NCBI GenBank assembly: GCA_030141605.1
Contig: JAQGDQ010000156.1
Span: forward strand, 1-64,000
DNA: 64,000 bases
Reading direction: 5' to 3'
DNA from: Tubiluchus corallicola
Lineage: Eukaryota > Animalia > Priapulida
Numbering within the stretch: the first letter of the stretch is position 1; every line of letters begins with the position of its first letter. The notes under the pieces were generated by a model that saw only the letters and a list, made by a program, of their open reading frames with translations, did not search any database and was not told the DNA's origin. A program made the position numbers and the translations under genes. Below are positions 26,101 to 38,555 of this stretch, piece by piece.

Positions 26101-28019
26101 ACCGAAAATTTACCGCAATTTACTGTTGACAGTGCGAACTGAAAGCGGGTAGAAGGAATTTAAAGTCTTGTAGCTTCAGCGTTAAGTGAACAGTATCTAA
26201 GTCCAGAAGGGAGCATTTCAAACGATTTATTACCAGGATGACATTCCGCATTCAGGATTACTTACGCTGTCTTTGCGACCCTCGTTCCGTACAAATGTAC
26301 AAATGTAACAAACAGTGGGACATGTCGTTAAGACACTGTCAATTACTACTCGATAATGATGATAATGATGATGATGATTATCTGCAATTCACCTGTTAAC
26401 AAGCGATCAAAAAGAAAATGAACTGCCAATAAATACATCGTGTCATTATCAAATTTGTTAAGCCGTGTCATTTATTTCACATAACACATTTACAACAAGT
26501 TGTGCGCAAAAATACAGTGAAAAGGCTTACGATGAACATAGTACATTTTTTACTGTTTATGAGCAAGAAAAACCTCACACTATGTTTGCCTATACATAAA
26601 TGTAAATGCTTTGCAGACAATCAAAAAGCAGGGCTTGTTAGTTTCCCAAAAACCGTGAGAAAGTAAAAAAAGTAATTAAGATAAACTGAAAATTATAAGG
26701 TGAATCATGCGATAAAGAAAACATGTAATGCTTCAGAGTGGATGGTATATCGCATGACATAAAAGATAGAAAGACTTGCAAAAATATTAGTCGTAATATT
26801 AGGCATGCGCGTACGCAAATTTAAACACTTGGACTGTTTTGCCACTTCTGTGAGGATGGATACTGATACAAACTTTAACTACTCAATGGATTTACTCAAA
26901 ATGTGATTGTTAGCATTTTTTTAAATCTAGTAATGGATCTGCTATTTTTTGTAGATTGTCAAATCTCATTCAAGATTTTTGGTCGTTGAAATATTACAAA
27001 ATGTTTAGCTATGTTAGTTCTACAGAGAAACGGATATGTATTAATCATATCTTGTATTATATCTCTTAGATGCTAATTTGTTATAAGAGTTCTCTTTTCG
27101 GGGAACCTCTATTCGAATTTTCACACCTCAACGATGCATTTGGCTTTTATAATCTATTTTGAATCTATTAATTAGCATTGTACAACGCGCAAAGCACATG
27201 CAAATCCTTCACATTTGTAAAAATTGCAAGTTATAATGAGATCTAAAGACTCCCTAATGTTTATTGTGTGGATTCCGCTTCCTGAGACATTTCGGTCGAA
27301 TTGATATGTAAGTAGAACGTCTACCTGCCTGATCCAGGTAACCAAATGATTCTCACAGCATGGGAGCATGTCAGCGAGTCGTGGACGGCCGAACGAGATG
27401 TAGATAATCTGAGACTGCCCAGTACACTGACCTAAGCAAAAACGAACCAAATTACTGGGTACTAAACACAGCTGAGGCCCGGCTGCGAAGCCGGAAGTTC
27501 TTGAAAAAGGAAAACTCTGGTACGCGCTTGTTAAGTCGGTGTGAGAAAAACACCTGCCGCCCAAGCAGGTTGTGGTTCAGCCGAAATGCTAGGAGAAACA
27601 ATGCTGAAATTTAACAAGCACCCATCGGTGTGATGGCGGTATCCTTAGGAATTTGGAGGACAGGCCACCTGACTAGCGAGTTTATCTCTCTCGTGGGCAC
27701 TATACGCTTACTTTTGAGCCCCATTTAGACCGGCTGAATGATACAATGAAAGTGGTCATTTTTGCCGAGGGTGCCTATACTTTCCCGATGAAAAACACGG
27801 CACTGCAATAAAAGCAATAATCGCGCGCAAAAAATCAGGCTTTAGTAAACTGTGGTGAGTACAGTTATTATGATATTGGACGGCATTAGTGTTGTCAAAA
27901 GCAGAGCTTCTGGGCAGAAATCTGAAATCCCTTGGCAAGATGTCATTCACCCCTAAAGCAAACATACCTGTTTGTCAGTCAACATTTACAAGCAAAACAG
28001 ATTTTCCTATTAATTTCTA

Positions 28020-28300
28020 ATTAGGTTTTTAATACGTTTAGAAGTGAACGGCATTTTTACCTTGAGGACAAACATATAAAATTCTCTTGGTTCAGTTTTA
28101 ACTTTCATCTTAGAAAATTTGATGGCCGCGATTTATTTATACCTGTCTTACTCTTATTAGGTTTTTATTACGTTTAAAAGTGAACGACATTTTTACCTTG
28201 AGGACAAACGTATAAAATTCTCTCGGTTCAGTTTTATCTTTCATCTTACAACGTTTGATGGCTGTGATTTGTTTTATACCTCTCTTACTCTTACTGCCAG
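28020..28300. repeat. Direct duplication of about 137 bp, two diverged copies
   Basis: ttaggttttt..acgttta.aagtgaacg.catttttaccttgaggacaaac.tataaaattctct occurs at about 28021 and 28157. Confidence 0.8.
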
Positions 28301-28499
28301 GTTTTGCGTAGATATTTTTACTTCCGCAAAACAATTTTAACGACTGTCATCGCAATTCATTTTAGAAGTTCATTTTGAGAGACCTGCTGTCCTTTTGCAT
28401 TATGTGCTCTTATCTGATTCAGCATAATGTAATGTGTAAGCGCTACGAGCATCTAATTAAGAGATTAAAAAAACATTAGTGACTAAAATACATGTATAC

Positions 28500-29160
28500 A
28501 GTAGTAGTTTATTTACATTAGTCCAGCAAGCACTTCGCAACAAAATAATGATAATAACAATAAATATTCATTCTACATACACCATTACGTTCATACTATA
28601 CAATAGTATTGCAGCGAGATTGTCATAGGAATAAATTTAGTATATCTGTAATTACTTTTGCACATGTTTCCTGCTCTAAATTAAGTAGATTGTCTGTGCT
28701 ATTAAGAGTCATATTGTAGTGTTACGAAGACGGGTTTTGACTAACCCCATAATGTTAGTAATGGGTACAGTCGAGAAGCCCAGTAATGCAAATGTACCTG
28801 TATATAACAGAATGCGTGCCGTAATTTGACGATTCCAACCTGGCCTTTCTGTCTGTAAGGGTGAATGCTGTAGGTTTGCTGATTTTTATACCAAAGTCTG
28901 TTCACATGTCATTCTTTTGGAGTTACCGGTTGTACAATAAAGTTTATTTTACACTCGCATTCCGGATCTTTTTACTTTTCTTGTCTGCTGTAAACTTTCA
29001 TAACTTGTATGCCGCTCTGAACATCCTGAGAAGGATCAGCGCCTGGAAAGGACCCGAATCCGTTACAGTGTTTTGTTCGCAATTCTTCCGTTACTCTACA
29101 TCTTGTTACTACGTGTTGTTCATCTTGTACTTCATCTTCGCAAGTATTGCACAAACTATA
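28500..29160 (-). mobile_element. LINE 3' remnant with C-terminal CCHC motif
   Basis: CNTCEDEVQDEQHVVTRC matches the CxxC-x-DExH-x4-C LINE terminal motif; minus-strand AATAAA plus (CTA)n tail at about 28500-28515. Confidence 0.6.
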
Positions 29161-30918
29161 CGTAGTTTGATATAATTAAAGTAATAAAGTAACAAACCAT
29201 ATTGTTTACTTCGTGGCGTCATTAATGCATGTGGCTCACAGAAAACGTATGATACTAATCGCATCGATAGCAGTATTCGACTCATTAATATAACTAACTT
29301 TAAAATTCAATTTAAAGCACAAGGAAACCCTACACTTACATAAAGCTGAAAAAAAGTTGAAATTTTATACCGCTCACATATTGTATTTTTGCATGAAGGG
29401 TTGCGTCGGCAGTAACGCTGTCTTAAAACGTGTAAATTTAAACTCTCAGGATGTCCGAAAAATTCCTTTCAACGCGAGTACGATATATGCATAAAAATTC
29501 TGTAAAGTAATATAATTTTTAAGGCGATTTTTCTGGAACCTACTTCAGATACCCCTTTTCTTGTCCGTTAAAGCTCAGTTTAGAATTAGTGCGTTTGACG
29601 CAGTTATTATTACGCTAAGCAATTTTAGTTTTGTTACTTACGTATGAATACATGAACTTTTTTCTCATTTTAAGAAGTTACAGGATTCTTAGGTACGTAA
29701 GGTAATAGGTTATAATAAGGTTATAGGTAAGTTATCGGTACATAACAGCCAGTTACATTCTTACAAGTTTGACGAACCTTTGTCTGATTTATCGGTTGAT
29801 TACGTAATTTGTAGGTTGTTGAACAAAATTTTGACATTGCCATTTCAGTACATGAACGAGAGTTATTAATTTCTCATTGATCACGTAGAAATTTCTTTCT
29901 AGACCATCTTTGCTGTTTCTAAAACAAACGGCTGTCATGATATTACGTCATCAATCGAAATTCAATATAGTAAGTAAGTAAGTAAGTAAATTTTATCTCG
30001 AACTAAAAGTTCATAGAACACGTAATACATGTACACATAAAATTTACATAAAAAATAATTTACATAGAACTTATACACATAATAAAATGTAAGGATTAGC
30101 GAAAATTAAAAAATAAAATACAATGGTTATTAGCAAATATTCATGAATTATAATAGTTTATACTGTATAGAACTTGCCTCCATCTATTGTGCAACTTAGA
30201 CAGAATAAAAACATCAGAATTCAAAATGCCATTACATATAAAATTATTGTTGCATTTTTTGAATCTCATCATAAAAGAGTATACTTTTTTGTTATTAAAA
30301 CATCATAATATAAAGAATTCAAATCTAAACACACTTGTCTGGCACTACAGTCGTAAGGTAGCGAAAATAACTTTCTTATGCATTTATTGTAAGTTACTTT
30401 AACATTGAACTGATGGTAATACCTCGCCGACAAGGGCTAAAACTACCCAGCTTGGTTTGGTAACAGCAGATGCGGAGGCCAAGCAGTCTATAACTCTTCC
30501 AACATCCATCCACGAAACAACAGAATGATGTCTCAGAAAAACGATACCCTTATTAGCAAATTACATGAAGTAAATTCAAAACAGAGGTTTGCGCCGTCGT
30601 GGATACTCTAATTGGACCATTAAAAGATCGCTATTATACAGGACAGATGCATAACATGGCTTCAGTACAAACTGACATTTAGCATGAAAGGCGTGTTCAG
30701 TACACTATCATTATAAGCGTGCGAATAAAAATTTCTCCAAAGAGCAGCACCGTATATACTAATACAATACCTTCTGAACAATTGTTTTTTTTACTTCCTC
30801 GCTACACTTGCTAATCTTACGTATAATAACATTTCCTGTAGCTGCCAAAGACACTTTTGCAGTTTAATATCATCATTATCAGTACCTTTTGCTGAGGTAA
30901 GATGTCCAAAATATTTTT

Positions 30919-30922
<4 letters not shown>

Positions 30923-31009
<87 letters not shown>

Positions 31010-31010
31010 A
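30923..31010. repeat. (TC)n microsatellite
   Basis: Direct reading. Confidence 0.97.
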
Positions 31011-31255
31011 TATATATATGAATATATATATACGCCTAAGTTGTAGTTAGCCAAAGCCTTGAGCAAATTTCCACGAACTCCGGAACAAAAAAATATCGTC
31101 GTGTCTATTCACAAGTGTGGAAGAAGCTTTCCTAAGAGGGAAAAAATGTTTCAGCTACGAATTAAATTTTGTGCCAAACTAGTGTTGCCGGTCGCCCATG
31201 GACTTATGACTTTAACCTCGCACATTAGAGTAAAAATAATGAGTTTGTAATATAA

Positions 31256-31625
31256 TGTAATAGGTTGTAGCTGCTGTTTATTGTTGTTTACTGCTGCTGT
31301 GGCTGTGTGTGGCTCGTGGTGTGTTGCGTTATGAGCAGCCGAGAGGGCATGGCAAACTAGCAAATCTTTATTTATAAAACTGTACATTTATTAAACATAA
31401 GATATAAGTATAAATAGCAAACAACACAGGCTAGCCCTCAGTCTCCGGATCAGCTCCCTAAGCAGCCCTGAGTTGCCGGCTCCAATTCCTTTTGTTTAGT
31501 TTCCTAATGCGCACTGAACCTCTGCGGATAGGAGCTCCGTCATCAAATCTATAATCGTGACGTGGTCAAACATCCGCTGATCGTAGCGTGATGTAGCCTA
31601 CCTAACTCGGCTTTTGGCTGAAACA
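31256..31625 (-). mobile_element. Possible solo LTR
   Basis: TGT...ACA termini flanked by a 4-bp ATAA duplication, internal minus-strand AATAAA, and higher GC than the flanks. No second copy in the window. Confidence 0.35.
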
Positions 31626-33778
31626 ATAATTTAATATTGGATCATCAATTTGAAATACATTCCCTTTATTTTTAGACCGCCTTGTGTCCCATCACAAGGT
31701 GCCTGAGGAAAACGTTTACACTCTGACACACAGCTAACAGAGTGTTATTCGTCAGAAACAAGTCAAAATTATGATAAATTTGGTCAAACTTCCGAATTTC
31801 CAAAATCACGCAAAACTTTTAGAACAAACAGGAATGGCCGTTTACCCCATTATGATGTCACATTGAATGCATTCCAGAGGATTTATTAAGCAACAATTCG
31901 TGAATTTGCACTATAATTAAGATGATTAACTTTCTTCAGAATAATGATACTGAGGCTATTGTATTACGTGGTTTCCTCTTCGCTACCGGCAAGTTAAATT
32001 TTAGTTATTTTCTTCATCACTAACATAAATTCGGAATGCGAACCACTGGGCTACTCGCTTACTGAATTTTTTCTGTCCTAATTCTGTACTACCTCGAGAT
32101 ATGAAGTACTGCCATGACAAAACATTTTTGTGTCAAATTTCGGCTCTCTGGCTGGCTTATTTAATCTTTGATCTAGGGCATTTTGATACGACACTTAGAG
32201 GTACCTGTAACTAACCCAAGAGACGCACTACGGGAGTACCAATACCAATTATGCCAATTCCACCCGATACCTGATCCGAAGAATCTTGACTGAAGATATT
32301 TGCCGGACTACATTACTCTGCACAATATTCTGCGCAAAGAGGCGTAATGAGTACGATTCAGTACGCAGTATATGGTACGATCGACTGGTATAGTGCATTT
32401 TTACCGGGTTGCAATGTGTGGCGTGTAGAATTTTTTAGATTTCCTAGCGATCGCACGGCTCAAAGCTCGATTTCGGGCTACAAAATCAAACCAAATAGAT
32501 TTTGTGATTGTAGTTATCATGTCTAACATGTGTGCCTCCGTTGCCTTGATATTAAAAATAGCAGAATTGTGGATTTTTACTTTTTAGGCTGCTGCAGCTA
32601 ATCGTAGAAAGCAAAAATAAATATGTACGAATTTGAAGAATTTAGAAAAGTTAAAATAAGGAAAACTGTGAAGAGACCTCGATAATCATAGTAGTCTAAT
32701 GTAGCTCTTTTTGTATACACAGAGCAGAAAGTAACGGCCAAAAATTGACAATCAAATAAAAGCGATAAGTAATTTTATGCACGAAACAGTCGATTTATTC
32801 TATACACTTTTGCTGCCTCTCATTCTTATATCGAGAAACGTGTCATAAAACACTTGTGCTCTCAGTTATAGTACATGCATGGTCCATCACTATGTATTAT
32901 ACAGTCAGACATCGGCTCACGAAAGCTTCCCTTCACAAACAATTTGGCTCACGAACACGTTGTTCTGTAAAAAATATCTCGGTTGATGAACATGTTCTCA
33001 GTCTATTAACACATCTAGAGGCAATAAACAATAGGCACAAGTGCATAGAGATGGCTGATGATGGTGTAGAGAAGTTGGTAATAAACCGCAACACTGCACA
33101 TCAACAGGCGGCAGCTAAGGAAATGTCTTCAGAGAAGGCGGGTGGAATGTAAAATATTCCTACTTTATTAATCAAAGATAAAGCTTGGAAATGAGGAGAG
33201 TTGAAAGTTTTGCTGAAAAACAATGAACAGGCTCTGAGAATGGATTAAGTTCATAAACAGGTGATTGACATGCTGCGCCTGGTTCCCCTGTAGACAGTAT
33301 GCGATTACTCTAGGATACATACACAATTACAATGTATACACTCCAATACTAAATTTCTATTTTCAGTCCCCTTTTCTGTCTCCTTTCTTTCTGTATTCTA
33401 GTAGTGATTATTACTAACTCATGTGTTTCAATTGTTTTTAAAACTAACTCTGTATCTGATTCACCCAACGTGCTTAAAGCATTCGCACACTTTAGTAAAT
33501 GTTCAGTTTACAATCCCAACCATTGTAGCACGTGTCGGTGTCGTGAAAAATAAGCGCTTTGCTGCTCTATGGCTGCGCCGTGGCCGCCGCGTTCCTGAAA
33601 ATAGTTACCATGATCAAGTTATCGCCCTTTGTCGTGATTCCATCTTTTGCTTCCGTGTGCGTGCTATTTTGTGATTTAGATTGCACGTGTTGAGTCTTGA
33701 GACGTATTGAGAATTTCGGTAATTGAACGCTTATGCTTTGTCAAATCTGCCAACTGGGTAAATGCAAAAAATAGTATC

Positions 33779-36700
33779 ATGCGTATATTTTGCCGTAAGC
33801 GAACTTACCAACATCCAGCAGAGATGAAGCCACAAAGCGATCTTAAAAGAAAGGAAGCGGCCAAATCGTACTCGTCATCGGATGAAGAAGCTGAATCGCC
33901 AAGGAAAAAGCTTAGGTCATCAAGTTCCGATTCTGAGTCTGACAGTAGTTCATTAAGATCAAACTCTAAGATTAATAGTATTATAAATAAGAAAGCAAAC
34001 CAAATTTCTGCGATATCAGGTTCAAATGGAATTAAAAAGAATACAAGCAAAACTGTAACTAAGAAAAATAGTTCGAGCTCAAGTGAAAGTGACGATTCTA
34101 GTTCTGAAGACGAAACTTCATTGCAGAAAAATGCTACTCCTGCAAAGGCAGCTGTGCAGGGAAGCAAAAAAGCGTCAACGTTAAACAACGCAAAAAAACG
34201 TAGCCATTCGTCTAGTGAAAGTTCAAGTTCAGACAATGAAATTCATTCACCTAAAAAACCTAATAAGGTAGCATCACTTAATTCTGGAAAGACTGATAAT
34301 CCTTCCTTAATGTTAGGTGCTACCATAAAAAAGTCCTCTAATTCTTCAAGTGAAGACACTAGCTCAGATAACGAAGCTGTAAAGAAGCAAGTAGACAAAG
34401 CTAAGGATGTGGCAGGCAAAAATGTCAAATTCTCAAGCGATGCACAAAAAGATTCGTCTAGTTCAGATTCGACAAGTGAGAGTTCAAGTAACGATGATAA
34501 GCTACAACAACAACAAACAAACAAAGTTAACCACACTAAAAAAGTAACAAGTGGAAATATCCTTGTTGTCAAAAAGCAAGAAGCTGTGCCTCATTCAAAT
34601 TCATCAAGTGATAGTTCTAGTTCAGAAGATGAAGATGTCAAAAAGTCACAACAGCAGCAAAGTAAGAACATTAAGCAAAATAAAAAGGTAGCGGCTAGAA
34701 ATTTAACGACAGTCGCTAAACAAATAGCTGCAACTGAATCAAGTTCATCAAGTGAGAGTTCTAGTTCAGAAGATGGCGACAGCAAGTCACAACAACAGCA
34801 AAGTAAAAAAATTGAGCAGAATAAAATGGAAACTAGACTAAATCCTGTGGCAGCAAAAAAACAAGAAGCTCCAGCTAATTCAAGTTCGTCTAGTGAAAGT
34901 TCTAGTTCTGAAGATCAAAGTAGCAAGTCACAAAAACAGCAAAGTAAAAAAGTAGAGCAAAATAAAAAGATGATGAGTGGAACTTCACTGATGTCAAAGA
35001 AACAAGAAGCAGCAGCTAATTCAAGTTCGTCAAGCGAGAGTTCTGATTCAGAAGATGAAAAGGACCACAGGACACAACAACTGCAAAGTAAGAAAAATGA
35101 GCAAAATAATAAAATAACTGCTGGAAATTGTGTGGCAGCGAGAAAACAAACAGCTGATTTGAGTTCGTCAAGCGAGAGTTCAAGCTCAGAAGATGAAGAT
35201 GACAAATTACAACAACAGCACAGTCAGAAAATTGAGCAAAATAAAAAGGTAATTGTCGGAAATTCCGTGTCAGCAAACAAGCAACAGGCAATACTTGGTG
35301 CAAGTTCGTCAAGTGAGAGCTCCAGTTCAGAAGATGAAGTAGATAAGTCACAACAACAACAGAATAAAAAAATGGAGCAGAACAAAAATGTAACTGCTGG
35401 AAATCTGGTGTCAGCCAAGAAACAACATGCGGCACCTAGTTCCGATTCATCTAGTGAGAGCACCAGTTCAGAAGATGAAGCTGACAAGATACAACAACAG
35501 CAAAGCAAGACAGTTAAGCCAAATGATAAAGTAGTTACTGGAAATGATAAAGTAGTTTCTATGACAGCAAAAAAACCAGTTCCAAATTCAAGCTCGTCAA
35601 GTGACAGCTCTGATTCAGAGGAGGAAGGCCACAAGTTACGGCAACAGAAAAGTAAGAAAATTGAACAGAATAAAAAATTAGCTACTGGAAATTCCATGAT
35701 AGCAGCACCTAATTCAAGTTCATCAAGTGAGACTTCTTCAGAAGAGGAAGATGACAAGCTACAGCAGCAGAAAAGTGAGAAAATTGAGCAGAATAAAAAC
35801 ATAACTACTGGAAATTCCATGACGGCAAATCAGCGAAAGGCTAATTCAAGTTCGTCAAGTGAGAGTTCCAGTTCAGAAGATGAAGTTGACAAGTTAAAGC
35901 AACAGAAAAGTAAGAAAATTGAGCAGAATAAAAAAGTAGTTACTGGAAATTCCATGACGGCAAATAAACAAATAATTGCACCCAAAAGTTCATCAAGTGA
36001 AAGTTCTAGTTCAGAAGATGAAGTTGACAAGTTAAAGCAACAGAAAAGTAAGAAAATTGAGCAGAATAAAAAAGTAGTTACTGGAAATTCCACGACGGCA
36101 AATAAACAAATAATTGCACCCAAAAGTTCATCAAGTGAGAGTTCTAGTTCAGAAGATGAAGTTGACAAGTTAAAGCAACAGAAAAGTAACAAAATTGAGC
36201 AGAATAAAAAAGTAGTTACTGGAAATTCCACGACGGCAAATAAACAAATAATTGCACCCAAAAGTTCATCAAGTGAGAGTTCTAGTTCAGAAGATGAAGT
36301 TGACAAGTTAAAGCAACAGAAAAGTAACAAAATTGAGCAGAATAAAAAAGTAGTTACTGGAAATTCCACGACGGCAAATAAACAAATAATTGCACCCAAA
36401 AGTTCATCAAGTGAGAGTTCTAGTTCAGAAGATGAAGTTGACAAGTTAAAGCAACAGAAAAGTAACAAAATTGAGCAGAATAAAAAAGTAGTTACTGGAA
36501 ATTCCATGACGGCAAATAAACAAATAATTGCACCCAAAAGTTCATCAAGTGAGAGTTCTAGTTCAGAAGATGAAGTTGACAAGTTAAAGCAACAGAAAAG
36601 TAACAAAATTGAGCAGAATAAAAAAGTAGTTACTGGAAATTCCATGACGGCAAATAAACAAATAATTGCACCCAAAAGTTCATCAAGTGAGAGTTCTAGT

Positions 36701-37711
36701 TCAGAAGATGAAGATGACAAGTCACAACAACAACAACAAAAGAAAATTGAGCCGACTAAAACGGTACCTATCAGCAACTCTGTGAAAGCAACTAAACAAA
36801 CAGGTGTGCCTAATTCAAGTTCCTCAAGTGATAGTTCGAGTTCAGAGAGTGAAGCAGAGCTTACACAGAAACCAGCTGTACCAGCTAAAGCTACTGCAAG
36901 TCCCTCGTTACACGCTAACGTGCCAAACAAGCCAGAACCACTTGAGTCAAGTTCATCATCTTCCAGCGACAGTTCTGCCTCCGATGAAAAATCAAAGCAC
37001 AGACAAAGTGCAAAAAACATGAATGCAACGAAAGTTACCTCAGCTAAACCAGCTCAGCAAGATTCATCAAGCTCAGATTCTTCTAGTGGTCCTGACCCAA
37101 ATGTTAAGAAGCAAAAAGATTTGCTTGTGCCTATTAGTAAGGCAAATAGACAACAGTCCAGTTCTAGTTCAGATTCAGACAGCAGTTCTTCAAGTTCCCA
37201 GGATCCTGTACAAGTAAGCAAAAAGCAAAAACTTATCACACCAGCCTCACTATCAAACAAACTGCCTACTTCTAGTGATTCATCCTCTGAATCTGAAGCT
37301 GAAGATCACAAAATCTCCAAACCTCTCATACCAAAAGCTACCAGCACTCCAGCTGTAAGTGTGCAACATCAGCAAAAGCCTGGTAATGCTGAATTTGAAG
37401 CAATGATGAATGATAGTAAAGAGAAGCAAAAGGGCAAACTTACTTCAAGCTCCTTTGACATGAAACAGAATAAACCTACACCATTCAGACGCGTAAATTC
37501 TGCTGATGTTGAAATTCACCCACAGTTGAAAAACAATTCTTTTGAGGCGAAAAAAGGAGCTCACGGTGACTGGGGCGAAAAAGCCAATCAGGCTTTTCGA
37601 GGAGTGAAAGGGAAGTCATTTCGACATGAAAAAACGAAAAAGAAACGAGGAAGTTACCGAGGTGGTGCAATCAGTACAACAGTCAATTCAATTCGATTTG
37701 ACGATGATTAA
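33779..37711 (+). CDS. NOLC1: Nopp140/NOLC1-like nucleolar phosphoprotein (SRP40 C-terminal domain), single coding exon
   Basis: Alternating Ser/acidic (SSSSESSSSEDE) and Lys-rich blocks. The C-terminus PFRRV...NNSFEAKKGAHGDWGEKAN...KGKSFRHEKTKKKRGSYRGGAISTTVNSIRFDDD is the SRP40/Nopp140 signature. The start is uncertain (ATG 33779 or 33824). Confidence 0.9.
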   Translation: MRIFCRKRTYQHPAEMKPQSDLKRKEAAKSYSSSDEEAESPRKKLRSSSSDSESDSSSLRSNSKINSIINKKANQISAISGSNGIKKNTSKTVTKKNSSSSSESDDSSSEDETSLQKNATPAKAAVQGSKKASTLNNAKKRSHSSSESSSSDNEIHSPKKPNKVASLNSGKTDNPSLMLGATIKKSSNSSSEDTSSDNEAVKKQVDKAKDVAGKNVKFSSDAQKDSSSSDSTSESSSNDDKLQQQQTNKVNHTKKVTSGNILVVKKQEAVPHSNSSSDSSSSEDEDVKKSQQQQSKNIKQNKKVAARNLTTVAKQIAATESSSSSESSSSEDGDSKSQQQQSKKIEQNKMETRLNPVAAKKQEAPANSSSSSESSSSEDQSSKSQKQQSKKVEQNKKMMSGTSLMSKKQEAAANSSSSSESSDSEDEKDHRTQQLQSKKNEQNNKITAGNCVAARKQTADLSSSSESSSSEDEDDKLQQQHSQKIEQNKKVIVGNSVSANKQQAILGASSSSESSSSEDEVDKSQQQQNKKMEQNKNVTAGNLVSAKKQHAAPSSDSSSESTSSEDEADKIQQQQSKTVKPNDKVVTGNDKVVSMTAKKPVPNSSSSSDSSDSEEEGHKLRQQKSKKIEQNKKLATGNSMIAAPNSSSSSETSSEEEDDKLQQQKSEKIEQNKNITTGNSMTANQRKANSSSSSESSSSEDEVDKLKQQKSKKIEQNKKVVTGNSMTANKQIIAPKSSSSESSSSEDEVDKLKQQKSKKIEQNKKVVTGNSTTANKQIIAPKSSSSESSSSEDEVDKLKQQKSNKIEQNKKVVTGNSTTANKQIIAPKSSSSESSSSEDEVDKLKQQKSNKIEQNKKVVTGNSTTANKQIIAPKSSSSESSSSEDEVDKLKQQKSNKIEQNKKVVTGNSMTANKQIIAPKSSSSESSSSEDEVDKLKQQKSNKIEQNKKVVTGNSMTANKQIIAPKSSSSESSSSEDEDDKSQQQQQKKIEPTKTVPISNSVKATKQTGVPNSSSSSDSSSSESEAELTQKPAVPAKATASPSLHANVPNKPEPLESSSSSSSDSSASDEKSKHRQSAKNMNATKVTSAKPAQQDSSSSDSSSGPDPNVKKQKDLLVPISKANRQQSSSSSDSDSSSSSSQDPVQVSKKQKLITPASLSNKLPTSSDSSSESEAEDHKISKPLIPKATSTPAVSVQHQQKPGNAEFEAMMNDSKEKQKGKLTSSSFDMKQNKPTPFRRVNSADVEIHPQLKNNSFEAKKGAHGDWGEKANQAFRGVKGKSFRHEKTKKKRGSYRGGAISTTVNSIRFDDD
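35851..36720 (+). repeat. Coding tandem repeat, 138 bp (46 aa) x about 6, nearly identical
   Basis: cccaaaagttcatcaagtga recurs at 35981, 36119 and onwards with a 138-bp period. Confidence 0.95.
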
Positions 37712-38129
37712 CTGGAATACAACTGTTCACTATAGGTATAAAGTACTATTTGCAAAATTCATTATTATAACAGCTTCATGAACTCTGTCCAAGTGATTAT
37801 TTTATGCAAAAACTATGTAACAATTTCCATAATACTTTGCTGAAGGATAGGCATAAGACATGGAAGAATCCACTAAATTTTCCTGCGAATTTGAGTCAGT
37901 TATAATGATCTTTTGATAATTTTTGCCATTAGAAATTTCACGTTGCAGTAGATCATTTACTTTCGCTTTGGACTTACGATGTTGTTTGATGTAAAAGTCC
38001 ACCGTAATAGTCATATTGACCTGTTTAGAGTTGTTCGGCCTTCTAGTTTACGCTTTTTAAGTTAACCTTCTAGTATGAATATTTTCTTATGCATAAAGTT
38101 TTTTTCTGCAGGTTTTTTTATGTAAAAAC

Positions 38130-38555
38130 ATGGAGATCGTGAACGAGAGAGCCGCTCTTTTGTCAAACTATGAAGTGTATGCAGTCCTTAAAGAATTGCA
38201 AGCCAGTTCTGAACACAAAAGTAACTTGAAAAAACATGCTCCTCATCACAAGAAGAATTTGGCTACCATTGCATACGAGACGACAAAGTATTTAGAAAAA
38301 ACGCCATGCGTTCACCAAGATGCCGACTGCATTGAAAGATTCTTGAAAGCAGTCGAGCCTTTTAAGTTGACAAAAGCCGAAAAGTTACAGTTACTTAACC
38401 ATAGACCATCTACTGCTGTGGAAATACAGTTGTTAATTGAAGAGAGTGAAGAAAGACTCTCTGAAGATGAAATTGATAAACTTCTGGACATTGTGGCTAC
38501 TGTGCTACCCGGAGACCAGCAGGAAGTAGAGCCTGAAGAGGCAGAACAAAGCTAA
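38130..38555 (+). CDS. CRCP: RNA polymerase III subunit RPC9/C17 (CGRP receptor component), intronless CDS
   Basis: MEIVNERAALLSNYEV...NLATIAYET.KYL..TPC..Q...FKLTKAEKLQLLNHRP.TAVEIQLLIEESEERLSEDEI; aaaacATGg context; splice acceptor at 38110-38111. Confidence 0.93.
   Translation: MEIVNERAALLSNYEVYAVLKELQASSEHKSNLKKHAPHHKKNLATIAYETTKYLEKTPCVHQDADCIERFLKAVEPFKLTKAEKLQLLNHRPSTAVEIQLLIEESEERLSEDEIDKLLDIVATVLPGDQQEVEPEEAEQS

Noticed and set aside
33805-37260. Minus-strand ORFs up to 396 aa over Nopp140
   Set aside because: Antisense shadows of a repetitive coding sequence.
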